From an uncultured delta proteobacterium (GTDB taxonomy: Bacteria; Desulfobacterota; Syntrophobacteria; BM002): a stretch of DNA of 64,000 nucleotides. Positions within the stretch are counted from its first letter, which is position 1, and the number at the start of each line of letters is the position of its first letter. A program made the translations under genes and the position numbers. The DNA lies in assembly GCA_963712115.1 (NCBI GenBank), contig CAVQGX010000037.1, positions 96,001 through 160,000 on the forward strand, in the 5' to 3' direction. Below the pieces are notes generated by a model. The model made no database searches. It was not told where the DNA came from and worked only from the letters and a program-made list of their open reading frames with translations. Below are positions 9,773 through 22,284 of the stretch, one piece after another.

Positions 9773-11020
9773 ATGAAAGAATCAAAAATAACTTTTCTGT
9801 GTCATGTTGTCTTTTCCCTTATTCTCATTAAGGCTTGCCTGTATAATGTCTGGGTAGTTCCTGTCCATGCTGATTACGAACACGGCGCGACAGCCTCATT
9901 GGCGATTAGGGGAGAATATGATGATAATACTCAGTTTACAGGCAAGGAGGATTATGTGCTGGAGGTCTCGCCATCAGCAGCGCTTTCTGCGGTGACCGAG
10001 GTAACGCAGATACAGGTGGGTGCCGATATAGACATCAGGGAATACAAGAATAACAATGATCTGAGCAGCGTAGATCAATATTATCAAGTTCTGGGTGGTG
10101 TTACCCTGGAGGAGAGGGTTGAGATAGATATCGTCGGGACTCATTTAAGGGATCACACTTTCCAATCAGAGTTGGAGGAAACCGGTATCGTGTTAAAACA
10201 GACGTCGCGCAACCAAACAACCATAAGTCCAATAGGAACATTTTGGCTGGCCCCACGTGACCGAATGCAGCTCACCTATGAGTACGGCGATACCAACTTC
10301 AACTCGGACGACCGCCGGGACTACACCTACCACGACTGCGATAGTCGGCTGGCTTCATGATCTGCAAAATGAAAGAACAACGCTTGGATTACTTGTTGGG
10401 GCAAACCGGACCGAATATGGGGACAACATTGACAATCCGAACGAAGAAATAACATACAAAGGAGTAGGAGCTGGGGTGCAGTTGGATCACATGTTCTCAG
10501 AGACCTTTATTACGAACCTAAAGGCTGGAGCCACTTATACCGAGTCTGAGACCAGGGGCGCCGGTGATAATGACACCACGAGCGACACTAATTTTGTCGG
10601 GGAGGCCTCTGTCAGGTGGATTTTCGAGAGGTCCACCCTTTCAGCTCTGGTCAGATCAACAGGTTGTACCTAGCTCTGCCGGGGAGAACGTAGCTCGCAC
10701 CCAGGCGAATTTTGGTCTGGGATACCGGTTTTCCGAAAAATTTGGATGCAACCTTGGTGGTTATTATCGCCGAAGTGATCCGCTGAGGGGCGGTCAGACC
10801 GTTCAGACATTCGCGAGGGCGGGCTGCGCTCACTTATAGGTTCACCCAGAATTTAGGCTTGTCTTTGGGCTACTCATATACCAAAACGGATCAAGAAAGT
10901 GCCACAATTGTGGACGATGACCGCAATCGGGTTTTTCTGCAGCTCAGATGGCTTATTCACCAGCCAGAATGGAGAGTAAGGCCACCCAAGCCGCTGGTTA
11001 AATGGCCGCATCGTTTGTAA
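9773..11020 (+). CDS. Outer-membrane beta-barrel of polysaccharide export (frameshifted in about 4 pieces)
   Basis: Signal peptide, GEYDDN start motif, alternating beta-strands across frames (9749-10360, 10257-10673, 10564-10839, then YRFTQNLGLSLGYSY...RNRVFLQL). Confidence 0.7.
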
Positions 11021-11047
11021 TTTTAATAACCATAAGGACTTCAAAGA

Positions 11048-12765
11048 ATGGAAAAAATATAGATCTCAAGGATTACGTCGATGTTTCAAACGTCGTAAGG
11101 ATTTATTTTATTATTCCTGCTGTGATTATCTTTATCTTTATTGGTACGCCGTTGCTTTCATCCTGCCTGCAATTTACAAATCTACCGCCAGCGATCTTGA
11201 TCGAGGCAGCAGGAAATTCCTGAAGATCTCGTTCGCACCACGGTGACCGGCTACGTGGAAGAGCGCCTTCAGACAGTCACCGAGCGCGTCCTCGGAGACG
11301 ACAATCTTCTTGGATGTTGCAGAGCGCTTTGCTCTCTTTACAGACCTGGGAGCGTGAGAATACCATGCAGAAATTAGTTCAAGCATGAGGGAAAGCATTG
11401 ACAGTTGAGTCGCATACGACCGAGGTGCGAAACTGATAGATTTAGCAAGAGCCAATCCAGTCAACTGACTGCCTTTACGGTCTCTTTTGAGGGGAAGGAA
11501 CCGGAGAAATTGGCAGCAGTTACCAACCACCTTGCTTCTCTTTTCTTGGAGGAAAATACGAAAGATCGGGAACAAAAGGCACAAACAACTATCGAGTTTC
11601 TCGAAAAGCAGCTTGTAGATCTTCGTTCAGAAATCCAAGAAACCGAGGCACAGCTTGCAGATTTCAAAGAGAAACACATGAACGAACTTCCAGAGCTTAT
11701 GCAACTCAACCTGAAGACCATGGACCAACTAGAGAGACAGATTGGAGGCTCAGGAGCGAAACATCAAAATCTGATCAACCGGAAGATCTATCTCGAAGGG
11801 CAATTGGCCCTGCTGGAGCCGAGTATGCACAAGGTGAGTGCGGATGGAAAGCGCATTTTGACGCCAAAGGAGGAACTCTCCGTCCTGCGAAGCCAATATC
11901 TGAGCCTCAGTTCTTCACTTTCTGAAGAACATCCAGATGTAATCAAGTTAAAGAAGAAACTTGCAGCTCTGGAAGGGGAAGTGAACACCAGAGAGGAATT
12001 GCGGCAGCTTCGGCGCGAACTCTACGACAAGGAACATCGAGCTTGCTTTGCTGCTAGAAGAGAGTTTCCTCGAGCCATCCTGATGCAGTTAGATTAAGAA
12101 AAGAAGTGCTTGCGCTCAAGGAGACGGGTGCAGGAACTTTCGAGATACCGTCGGTATTATGAAGGTGGAGGAGCAAAATCCTGAGAATCCCAGCGTACAT
12201 TAACGTGCAAGACGAGTATCACTTCCACCAGAATGGAAATTGACGCTGCCAAAAGAGAACTCGAGCAACTTAGAGGAAAAATACGAAGACTACAGAAACA
12301 GGATAGAAAATACGCCCAAAGTGGAACAGGAGTACCTTGACCTTCAGCGTAACTATGCAAAACGCAAGGCAAACTACCAGGAAACCGAGAACAACTGAGG
12401 CTGCAAAGGAGGCAAAGGGCCTTGAAGAGAGCCACATGGGTGAAAAATTTACCTTGGTCCAGCCGGCCACAACTCCGGTCAAGCCATATAAACCGAACCG
12501 CATTGCTATTTTTCTGTTGGGAGTGGTGCTTGCTGCAGGTGCAGGTTTGGGCACAGGTTCGCTTACGGAATACATGGATCACTCAGTGCACACCGCCGAT
12601 GAACTTGCCAGGGTCGCCGGGCACAGGGTGTTGACGGTAATTCCGTATTGGGAGACGTCCAGTGAAGTTGAGCGTAAACGTCGAAGGCTCTGGGCTCTGG
12701 TGGGGAGCAGCGTAGTGATCGTGTTAATAGGCCTGGTAGCCTTAAATTTTTTTTACCAGCCGTAG
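11048..12765 (+). CDS. Polysaccharide co-polymerase (Wzc/GumC-like, no kinase domain), multiply frameshifted
   Basis: IDLKDYVDV + TM; AFTVSFEG...AAVTNHLASLFLEEN; EEHPDVIKLK; EKFTLVQPATTP.KP.KPNR + TM; EYMDHSVHT. Confidence 0.8.
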
Positions 12766-12782
12766 GCGAAGGATAGAATCCA

Positions 12783-13601
12783 ATGAGCAAAATAGCCAAG
12801 GCACTGGAAAAAGCAAAAAAACAACGGCGTGATCGTTCTTCACAAGGTCAGGCTTCCGATTTTCGGGACTCTGTGGACTCACTGAGACTCGATCTCCAGC
12901 AGCTCTCTTACTCGCAGACAAGATCAATCCGCCTCAATAATACGCACCTCGAGTTTAATCGGCTGAATACCTTTCTCGACAATGCCCTGGCCGTAGACCG
13001 CTACAATGTGTTGTGTACCCAAATCCTGCAGGAGACTCGCAAGAATGGCAGCAACACCTTGATGGTCACCAGTTGTATTGATGGTGAGGGCAAAACAGTC
13101 ACCGCCATCAATCTCGCCACCAGTATTGCCAGAAAAGCTCAACACACGGTCCTCCTGGTGGACGCAGATTTGCGAAACCCGAAGGTTCGTTCTTATCTTG
13201 GCTTTAATGCAGAAAAAGGGCTTTCTCACTACCTTGAAGAAGACGTACCCCTCTCGCAACTCCTCGTCAATCCCGGGCTACCCAAGATGGTAATTCTCCC
13301 GGCCGGTAAGCCTCTTCTTCGTTCCACAGAAATCCTGAGTTCTCCGAAGATGGAGAAGTTAGTCCGTGAGATGAAGACTCGCTACCCGGAGCGGTATGTG
13401 ATTTTTGACTGCCCCCCCTTGCTGAGTGTTTCGGATTCAATGGTATTTGCATCCTATGTAGACGGGATTATTTTGGTGGTAGAGGCAGGGAGGACGTCGG
13501 AGGATCAGATTCGCAAGTCGGTGGAGTTATTGAAGGACAGGCCTCTGCTCGGACTGGTCCTGAACAAAGGCCGGGGATCTTTCAAGGGCTATTACTATTG
13601 A
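12783..13601 (+). CDS. BY-kinase (CpsD/CapB/Wze-type tyrosine kinase)
   Basis: MSKIAKALEKA, Walker A GEGKT, LLVDADLRNP, VIFDCPP, terminal GYYY. Confidence 0.9.
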   Translation: MSKIAKALEKAKKQRRDRSSQGQASDFRDSVDSLRLDLQQLSYSQTRSIRLNNTHLEFNRLNTFLDNALAVDRYNVLCTQILQETRKNGSNTLMVTSCIDGEGKTVTAINLATSIARKAQHTVLLVDADLRNPKVRSYLGFNAEKGLSHYLEEDVPLSQLLVNPGLPKMVILPAGKPLLRSTEILSSPKMEKLVREMKTRYPERYVIFDCPPLLSVSDSMVFASYVDGIILVVEAGRTSEDQIRKSVELLKDRPLLGLVLNKGRGSFKGYYY

Positions 13602-13623
13602 AGAAAACACGCGAACGATCCGC

Positions 13624-13760
13624 TCGCCGAACCCGTCATTCCGGACGAGTCCGCCTCTGGCGGACGAGATCCGGAATCCATCTGGATCCCGGCTCGCGTC
13701 CCGCTTTGCGGGACTTGGCCGGGATGACGAATTGCGATATAGTCTCTCGAAGGGAAATGG
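13624..13760. repeat. REP-like element (GTCATTCCGG...CCGGAATCCA / TGGATCCCGG...CCGGGATGAC)
   Basis: Nested hairpins; related copy at 60687-60790. Confidence 0.8.
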
Positions 13761-13836
13761 ACCGGATAATTATCCTGCGGAGCAAAAGACATATTCGTTT
13801 TAGTAAGTTAACTCTTTTACTACAAGAGCTATTATT

Positions 13837-14944
13837 ATGTACCTAGACTTCTACGGTTTTCGCCAAAAGCCTTTCAATCTGGTGGCCGATCCCGGTTTTC
13901 TGTATATGAGTGCGAAGCACCGGCTGGCCCTGACCTATTTAGAATACGGACTAATGGACGGGATTGGTTTTGTGCTCTTAACCGGGGAGATCGGAACCGG
14001 AAAGACAACTCTGATCAGAAAGCTGCTGAGTCAAGTCGAAAAAGCCGTCGACGTGGCTGTGGTTTTCAACACAAATGTCACCTCTGAGCAACTCCTGGAG
14101 CTCATCTTACAAGAATTCGAGGTCGAGACACGCAGCCGGAGAAAAGCAGCTCATCTCGACACCCTCAATCAATTCCTCATCCGCAAGTATGGAGAAGGTC
14201 GACGGGCGGTGCTCATCGTCGATGAGGCCCAGAACCTTTCATGGAGTGCTCTGGAAGAGGTCCGCATGCTCTCAAACTTGCAAACCGATCAGGAACCTCT
14301 GCTGCAGATCGTACTCGTGGGTCAGCCGGCATTGAGGAGTAAGCTCCAGGATCCTTCCCTGGCTCAATTGAGTCAACGCATTGCCGTCAGCTATCACTTG
14401 AGTTCTCTAAGTTTTCCGGAGGTCAAAGAATATATCGCTCACAGACTGCAAAAAGCAGGTGTCCAAAAGGGTCATATCTTCGATCTCGAGGCGATGAAAT
14501 CTATTTTTCACCACTCAAAGGGCATCCCGCGAGCCATCAACATCATCTGCGATGCAGCCCTGTTGTATGGCTATGCAGATGAACTGAAGAGCGTCAACAA
14601 GCAGGTCATTGAGCAGGTTGTAAAGGACAAGAATGACGTCGGACTGGTCACTACGTGTCTGGTTCCGGAGGCAGGGCAGTTTTCGGCTGACAATTCACGA
14701 GACAACGGCCATGTTCTCACCCGGCTGCAAAACCTGGAAGAAAAGATATCTAAACTTTCAGGGCTCGTTGATTGGCAGAGTCCAGACCGAGGAAGACCGA
14801 GCAGAGAAGTACAAGGACAGACTGATTCACAATCTCGAAAAAATGCTAGCTCAAGAGCGGAAGCGCAATGATAAGCTTGTGGAGATGTACCAAGAGATGA
14901 GATTCAGATTGCGCTCAAAGACAAGTGAAGTGAAAAAAGAGTGA
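13837..14944 (+). CDS. ExeA-like AAA ATPase (EPS/PEP-CTERM-locus-associated type); frameshift near 14790
   Basis: MYLDFYG...KPF...DPGFLY.S..H; TGEIGTGKTT; LIVDEAQNL; LVGQP; GIPRAINIICD; C-terminal coiled coil continues in 14633-14944. Confidence 0.88.
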
Positions 14945-15040
14945 ACAAATCCACCCAACTCGATACTCAATCCTTAAATTGAACGACTCTTTGACTTCAT
15001 GCCCCCTATTCAAAATGATCCTCTGAAGCCCTGTAAAAAA

Positions 15041-15140
15041 CTCCCTCTCCCTCGACGGGAGAGGGTTGGGGTGAGGGTGAAGAATCCCCTCCTCTCCGAA
15101 GCGTAGGCTCCACGAGCCAGAGGCGGCCAGGAGAGGGGAA
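15041..15140. repeat. REP-like element CCCTCTCCC..GGGAGAGGG.TGGGGTGAGGG
   Basis: Direct inspection; second CCCCTCCT...AGGAGAGGGG unit follows. Confidence 0.75.
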
Positions 15141-15242
15141 ACTAGTTATAGGAGAGCTTCCTAACCCCTTTTGAAAAGTAGGGCGCTTCACCGTACCCGC
15201 CGACCATGGTGAAAATAGGACTAAGAACACAGGAAAGACAAT

Positions 15243-16988
<1,746 letters not shown>

Positions 16989-17028
16989 TTGCTGATCCTA
17001 ACAATGACCATGCAATAATGAAACGGCA

Positions 17029-18450
17029 ATGTATCGAGAGCAAGCTTTTATAATAATCAGATTACTCATATTCCTCGATGCCTTATGTGTAATTCTGGCA
17101 GGCTACGGAGCATACTATTTGCGGTCTACCGTACTAGGATCAAGACCATGGAGCATGGATAGCAAGATCTTTGCCTTGTCATTACTTGTTATTATGATTG
17201 TCAATAACTATGCTGCCAACAAATTAGGATTATACTCAGACAAAAAACTAAAGTCATATCTAAACCTGATATGGAAAATATTGCAGTGCATTGTTTTTGA
17301 CTTTATCGTTTTAGGGTGCGTCATCTTTGTAATAAAGGAAAAAGCTTACTCTAGGGCATTCACGTTGTACTTTGCATCTCTATTATTTGTGCTTCTAACT
17401 TGCTACAGGTTAGTCGTTTATAAATATGTTAATAATAAGAATGGCAATAGATTCGGAGCTAAGAATATTCTTGTAGTGGGTGTCTTGGAAAGAGCCCAAA
17501 AGGTTATTGATGCTGTCGAAAATCAAATTAGTTGGGGAATTAACATCGTCAATCCTGTGACTATTTGTCATAAAATTCCTCTTAGTTGCCAAAATGGTAC
17601 TGTTCTGTCGACTGAATTCATTCAAGAACTACCCCGCATACTGGAAGAGGGTGAAATCGACGAAGTCATATTTGCTGTTGGCGGCGATGCATCAGTGGAT
17701 TTAAAAGATTACATCAATACGGTTCGCCAGATGGGAATCGATGCGAGGATACTGCCCTCGCTTTGGGACCTGGATTCAGACCGGGTTCAAGTCGAGCAGT
17801 TCCAGGGGATTCCTTTTCTTGCCCTACAGGTCAACAATTTTAACGCTGCCGGGCTGTTCTACAAAAGAATTCTTGACATCGTCGGCGGTCTAGTTGGGAG
17901 TTTGATCTTCCTTGCTATGTACCCATTTGTCGCAATTGCTATAAAGCTTGACTCGCCGGGACCTGTTGTCTTTAAACAAGAAAGGATCGGCAAGAACGGC
18001 CGTGTGTTCAAGCTGCTCAAATTTCGCTCCATGTATGAAGATGCAGAAGAACGAAAAAAGGAACTCTTGGCGCAGAATCAAATGGATGGGTTCATGTTCA
18101 AGGTGGATAAAGATCCTCGAGTCACTGGAGTTGGAAGATTCCTTCGTAAAACCTCTCTTGACGAGTTCCCGCAATTCGTAAATGTACTAAAAGGCGAAAT
18201 GAGCCTGGTAGGAACCAGACCCCCCACCCCCGATGAAGTGGAACAGTACAGCTATTCGCACCGAAGACGAATCTCGGCAAAGCCTGGAATAACCGGGCTC
18301 TGGCAGATCTCCGGCCGCAACAAGATCAAAGATTTTGAAAAAGTAGTGGAGCTGGATTGCAGTTATCTCGAAAGCTGGCGGTTTTGGGATGACATCAGGA
18401 TTTTGTTCAAAACCATTTTTGTGGTTTTGCGGAGAAAAGGAGCATTTTAA
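17029..18450 (+). CDS. Priming polyprenyl glycosylphosphotransferase
   Basis: 4 N-terminal TMs; KRILDI...[17 protein letters not shown]...KFRSM...[20 protein letters not shown]...MSLVGTRP...KPGITGLWQ. Confidence 0.93.
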   Translation: MYREQAFIIIRLLIFLDALCVILAGYGAYYLRSTVLGSRPWSMDSKIFALSLLVIMIVNNYAANKLGLYSDKKLKSYLNLIWKILQCIVFDFIVLGCVIFVIKEKAYSRAFTLYFASLLFVLLTCYRLVVYKYVNNKNGNRFGAKNILVVGVLERAQKVIDAVENQISWGINIVNPVTICHKIPLSCQNGTVLSTEFIQELPRILEEGEIDEVIFAVGGDASVDLKDYINTVRQMGIDARILPSLWDLDSDRVQVEQFQGIPFLALQVNNFNAAGLFYKRILDIVGGLVGSLIFLAMYPFVAIAIKLDSPGPVVFKQERIGKNGRVFKLLKFRSMYEDAEERKKELLAQNQMDGFMFKVDKDPRVTGVGRFLRKTSLDEFPQFVNVLKGEMSLVGTRPPTPDEVEQYSYSHRRRISAKPGITGLWQISGRNKIKDFEKVVELDCSYLESWRFWDDIRILFKTIFVVLRRKGAF

Positions 18451-18545
18451 CTAGTATCTATCCGGAAATACCTTTTTTTCTCCTCCCCCTTGTCGCAGAT
18501 CCCGAGCTTGTCGCGGGGACGGGGGAGGATGAAGGAGGGGGTGAA
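18451..18545. repeat. REP-like element
   Basis: TCCTCCCCCTTG...GGGGGAGGA.GAAGGAGGGGGTG with an internal hairpin. Confidence 0.55.
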
Positions 18546-18645
18546 AAATAGTTGTTAATTGACAGAAATGGAGTTTCTGGCAGGAGAATAAGTATATGTT
18601 AAAAGATCAGTTTATTGGATTTCTCTTAAGTTTGGAGGTGATTGC

Positions 18646-19419
18646 GTGAAAGCAGTAATCTTAGCAGGTGGCTTTGGCACAAGATTATCTGAAGAAACGG
18701 ATTTGCGCCCCAAACCAATGGTGGAAATCGGTGGCAAACCAATGCTTTGGCACATCATGAACATTTGCGGATCTCAAGGCGTAACTGAGTTCATCATTGC
18801 CCTGGGATACAAGGGAGAAATTATAAAAGAGTATTTTCTAAACTTTTATGCTTTTAACAATGACATAACCATCGACTTGGAAACCGGTGAGACCACGATT
18901 CATGACGGCAACCAGCCAAATTGGAAGATCCATCTTGTCGACACCGGGCTGTATACCCAAACCGGGGGACGTCTCAAGCGACTTAGAAACTGGCTAGGTG
19001 AGGACGAGACGTTTATGTTTACCTACGGTGATGGTGTTGCAGATATAGATCTCAAATCGCTTTTGGCTTTTCACAAATCACATGGCAAACTCGCCACAGT
19101 TACAACCGTACGCTCGCCCGCTCGTTTTGGCAGGATTGCCTTCCAAAAAGATCAAGTTGTCGAGTTTTACGAGAAATCCGAGTCGGCCGAAGGCTGGATA
19201 AACGGAGGGTATTTTATCTTGCACCCAAAAGCCATCGATTATATTGAAGATGACGAGACCATTTGGGAGCGAACACCTGTAGAGGAGCTTGCTCAGGATG
19301 GGCAGTTGATGGGTTATCGACATGATGGATTCTGGTCATGCATGGATACCTTAAAAGAGAAAAGGCTTCTGGAACAACTATGGAACTCCGACAAGGCCCC
19401 CTGGAAGATTTGGGGATGA
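18646..19419 (+). CDS. rfbF: Glucose-1-phosphate cytidylyltransferase
   Basis: VILAGGFGTRLSEET..RPKPMVEIGG, TGGRLKR, TYGDGV, WINGGYF, FWSCMDT. Confidence 0.95.
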   Translation: MKAVILAGGFGTRLSEETDLRPKPMVEIGGKPMLWHIMNICGSQGVTEFIIALGYKGEIIKEYFLNFYAFNNDITIDLETGETTIHDGNQPNWKIHLVDTGLYTQTGGRLKRLRNWLGEDETFMFTYGDGVADIDLKSLLAFHKSHGKLATVTTVRSPARFGRIAFQKDQVVEFYEKSESAEGWINGGYFILHPKAIDYIEDDETIWERTPVEELAQDGQLMGYRHDGFWSCMDTLKEKRLLEQLWNSDKAPWKIWG

Positions 19420-20501
19420 ATAGGAAATTTTGGAAAGATAAGAAGGTACTGATTACCGGTCATACCGGGTTCAAGGGAAGCTGGTTATCGCTGTGGTTGC
19501 AGCTTGTAGAAGCTCGCGTTATTGGTTACTCGTTGCCCCCGCCGACCAAACCAAGTTTGTTCGAAACTGCCCAGGTAGATCAGAAAGTGATCTCAATTAA
19601 GGGTGATGTCCGAAACTTGGATTATCTTCAAGCTGTTATCAGTGATAATAAACCAGAAATCATAATCCACATGGCTGCACAGGCATTAGTGCGTCGTTCC
19701 TACAATGATCCCATTGAAACATATTCCACCAATATTATGGGCACTGTAAATGTGCTAGAAACTGTTCGGAACTCTCCGTCGGTGAGAGTGGTAATTATTG
19801 TGACTAGTGACAAATGCTATGCAAACAATGAGTGGGTTTGGGGATACAGAGAGAATGACCGCATGGGAGGGCGTGATCCTTACTCGTCTAGCAAGGCCTG
19901 TGCCGAGTTAGTTACATCTGCTTACCGAAACTCTTACTTCTCGGAGAAAAATTATGACCGACACGGCATTGCATTGGCAAGTGTAAGAGCTGGCAATGTA
20001 ATCGGTGGTGGAGATTGGGCTGAAGATCGCCTCATCCCAGATATCATGAAGGCGTTTATGGAACACAGACCCGCAATCATACGCAATCCTGGTTTTGTTC
20101 GCCCATGGCAGCATGTGTTGGAGCCGCTGAACGGTTATCTTCTGCTGGCTGAAAAGCTCTGGAAACGTGGGCAAGAGTTTGTAGGAGCCTGGAACTTCGG
20201 GCCTGATGAAGCAGATGCCAAACCAGTCTCTTTCATAGTGGAGAAGTTGACTGAACTGTGGGGTGATGGCGCATCATTTGAGCTTGTCGAATCCCGCCAA
20301 TCTCACGAAGCCACTTTTCTAAAACTGGATTGCTCCAAGGCCAGAACTTCTGTTGGTTGGACGCCAAAGCTGTCCTTAAACCAGGCACTGGAGTGGATAG
20401 TCGAATGGTATAGAGGCTACCAAAATAAGGAGGACATTTGCCACATTACAGAAGGCGAGATTTTACGTTTTGAGAGTCTTCAAAACGAGGAAATAGTATG
20501 A
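19416..20501 (+). CDS. rfbG: CDP-glucose 4,6-dehydratase
   Basis: ITGHTGFKGSWL, HMAAQALVRRSY, TSDKCY, DPYSSSKAC, RAGNVIGGGDW, RPWQHVLEPL. Confidence 0.95.
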   Translation: MNRKFWKDKKVLITGHTGFKGSWLSLWLQLVEARVIGYSLPPPTKPSLFETAQVDQKVISIKGDVRNLDYLQAVISDNKPEIIIHMAAQALVRRSYNDPIETYSTNIMGTVNVLETVRNSPSVRVVIIVTSDKCYANNEWVWGYRENDRMGGRDPYSSSKACAELVTSAYRNSYFSEKNYDRHGIALASVRAGNVIGGGDWAEDRLIPDIMKAFMEHRPAIIRNPGFVRPWQHVLEPLNGYLLLAEKLWKRGQEFVGAWNFGPDEADAKPVSFIVEKLTELWGDGASFELVESRQSHEATFLKLDCSKARTSVGWTPKLSLNQALEWIVEWYRGYQNKEDICHITEGEILRFESLQNEEIV

Positions 20502-21733
20502 ATTCCAGAAAGTGCAGGTTTTGTGGGAACGCTCTGAAATTCACATTTGTAGATCTTGGTGTTTCCCCTTTTGCGAACTCATATCTTAAGTCTCAAGATT
20601 TGCAAAAAATGGAGCAGTTCTACCCCTTGCATGTTTTTGTCTGCGAGGTATGTTTCCTCGTTCAGCTTCCTGAGCAGCAATCTCCTGAAAAAATCTTTGG
20701 CGAGTACGCCTATTTTTCGTCTTATTCAGAGTCCTGGCTCAATCACGTAAGAAAGTATTCAAAACAAATGATTAAAAGTTTTGGATTCAATTCTAACTCC
20801 CAGGTCATCGAGATCGCCAGTAATGATGGCTATCTGCTTCAATATTTCAAGAAAGAAGGTATTCCTGTCCTGGGAATAGAGCCAGCAAGAAATGTGGCTA
20901 AGGCGGCGCAAGATCTCGGTATTAGAACCATAGTAAAATTCTTCAACGTACAGACAGCCACTGAACTCGTTGCTGAAGATAGGTATGCCGATCTTCTAAT
21001 AGGAAATAACGTCTTGGCTCACGTCCCTGATCTAAACGATTTTGTTAGCGCTCTGAAAATTGCACTAAAACCGCAAGGCATCATTACCATGGAGTTTCCG
21101 CATCTCTTGCAGTTGATGGCGGAGAATCAGTTTGACACGATTTACCACGAGCACTTTTCATATTTTTCCTGTATTACCGTTAACAATATCTTCGCCCACC
21201 ACGGCTTAAATATTTTTGATGTGGAGGAGTTGCAAACGCACGGAGGCTCCCTGCGCATTTATGCGTGTCATGCCGAGGATACTTCGAAGCCCATCAGTCA
21301 GAATGTAGAAAATCTAATATCAGTTGAAGAAAAGAAAGGTTTCGACCAATTGGACACCTACTTATCATTCGGCGAAAAAGTGAAAGAAAGCAAGCGACAT
21401 ATTCTGGAGTTCTTCATCCAGGCCAAAAGAGAGAATAAGACCATTGCCGGATACGGTGCCCCAGCCAAAGGGAACACTCTTTTGAACTACTGCGGTATTA
21501 GAACCGATTTTATTGACTTTACTGTAGATTTAAGTCCCCATAAACAAGGACACTTTTTGCCGGGAACTCACATCCCAATTTATCACCCAGATAAAATAAG
21601 GGAGATCAAGCCAGACTATTTGGTCATTCTGCCCTGGAACCTCAAAGACGAAATCATGGAACAGATGTCACATATTCGCGACTGGGGTGGTCAGTTTGTA
21701 AAGCTAATACCAGAGGTAAAAGTATATCCATGA
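20498..21733 (+). CDS. SAM-dependent NDP-sugar C-methyltransferase
   Basis: CRFC...CEVCFLVQ zinc site, EIASNDGYLL, NNVLAHVPD, FDTIYHEH, HGGSLR, YGAPAKGNTLLNY. Confidence 0.9.
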   Translation: MNSRKCRFCGNALKFTFVDLGVSPFANSYLKSQDLQKMEQFYPLHVFVCEVCFLVQLPEQQSPEKIFGEYAYFSSYSESWLNHVRKYSKQMIKSFGFNSNSQVIEIASNDGYLLQYFKKEGIPVLGIEPARNVAKAAQDLGIRTIVKFFNVQTATELVAEDRYADLLIGNNVLAHVPDLNDFVSALKIALKPQGIITMEFPHLLQLMAENQFDTIYHEHFSYFSCITVNNIFAHHGLNIFDVEELQTHGGSLRIYACHAEDTSKPISQNVENLISVEEKKGFDQLDTYLSFGEKVKESKRHILEFFIQAKRENKTIAGYGAPAKGNTLLNYCGIRTDFIDFTVDLSPHKQGHFLPGTHIPIYHPDKIREIKPDYLVILPWNLKDEIMEQMSHIRDWGGQFVKLIPEVKVYP

Positions 21734-22260
21734 TCTTCAAAGAGACGAACCTGAAAGGGGCGTTCATCATTGAACCGGAAATGATGTCTGATGAACGCGG
21801 TTTCTTCGCTCGAACTTGGTGTGCCCGAGATTTTGAAGCTCAAGGGCTAACCCCAAATCTAGTCCAGTGCAATATTTCTTTTAATAAGCAAAAAGGCACA
21901 CTGAGGGGAATGCACTACCAGGTGGTGCCACATGAAGAGGCAAAGGTGGTCCGTTGTACAATGGGAACTATCTATGACGTAATCGTCGATCTTCGGCCTA
22001 ATTCACCGACTTATAAGCGATGGACATCTGTGGACATGAGTGCCAAAAACAGAAGGATGCTTTATATTCCAGAGGGCTTTGCTCACGGTTTTCTTACTAT
22101 GGAGGACGATACAGAAGTCTTTTATCAGATGTCCGAATTCTATGCCCCTGAATGCGCACGGGGTCTTAGATGGAACGACCCGGCATTTAAAATACCTTGG
22201 CCATTAGGAGTTACAGTAATTTCGGAGAAAGATGCGCGTTATCCAGATTTTGCCGAATGA
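21730..22260 (+). CDS. rfbC: dTDP/NDP-4-keto-6-deoxyhexose 3,5-epimerase
   Basis: DERGFFAR, GTLRGMHYQ, DVIVDLR..SPT, IPEGFAHGF, WNDP. Confidence 0.92.
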   Translation: MIFKETNLKGAFIIEPEMMSDERGFFARTWCARDFEAQGLTPNLVQCNISFNKQKGTLRGMHYQVVPHEEAKVVRCTMGTIYDVIVDLRPNSPTYKRWTSVDMSAKNRRMLYIPEGFAHGFLTMEDDTEVFYQMSEFYAPECARGLRWNDPAFKIPWPLGVTVISEKDARYPDFAE

Positions 22261-22284
22261 TAATTCTCGTTCTGTTCTCAAAAG

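Noticed and set aside
13598-13846. 82-aa ORF between BY-kinase and ATPase
   Set aside because: Translation of a REP palindrome.
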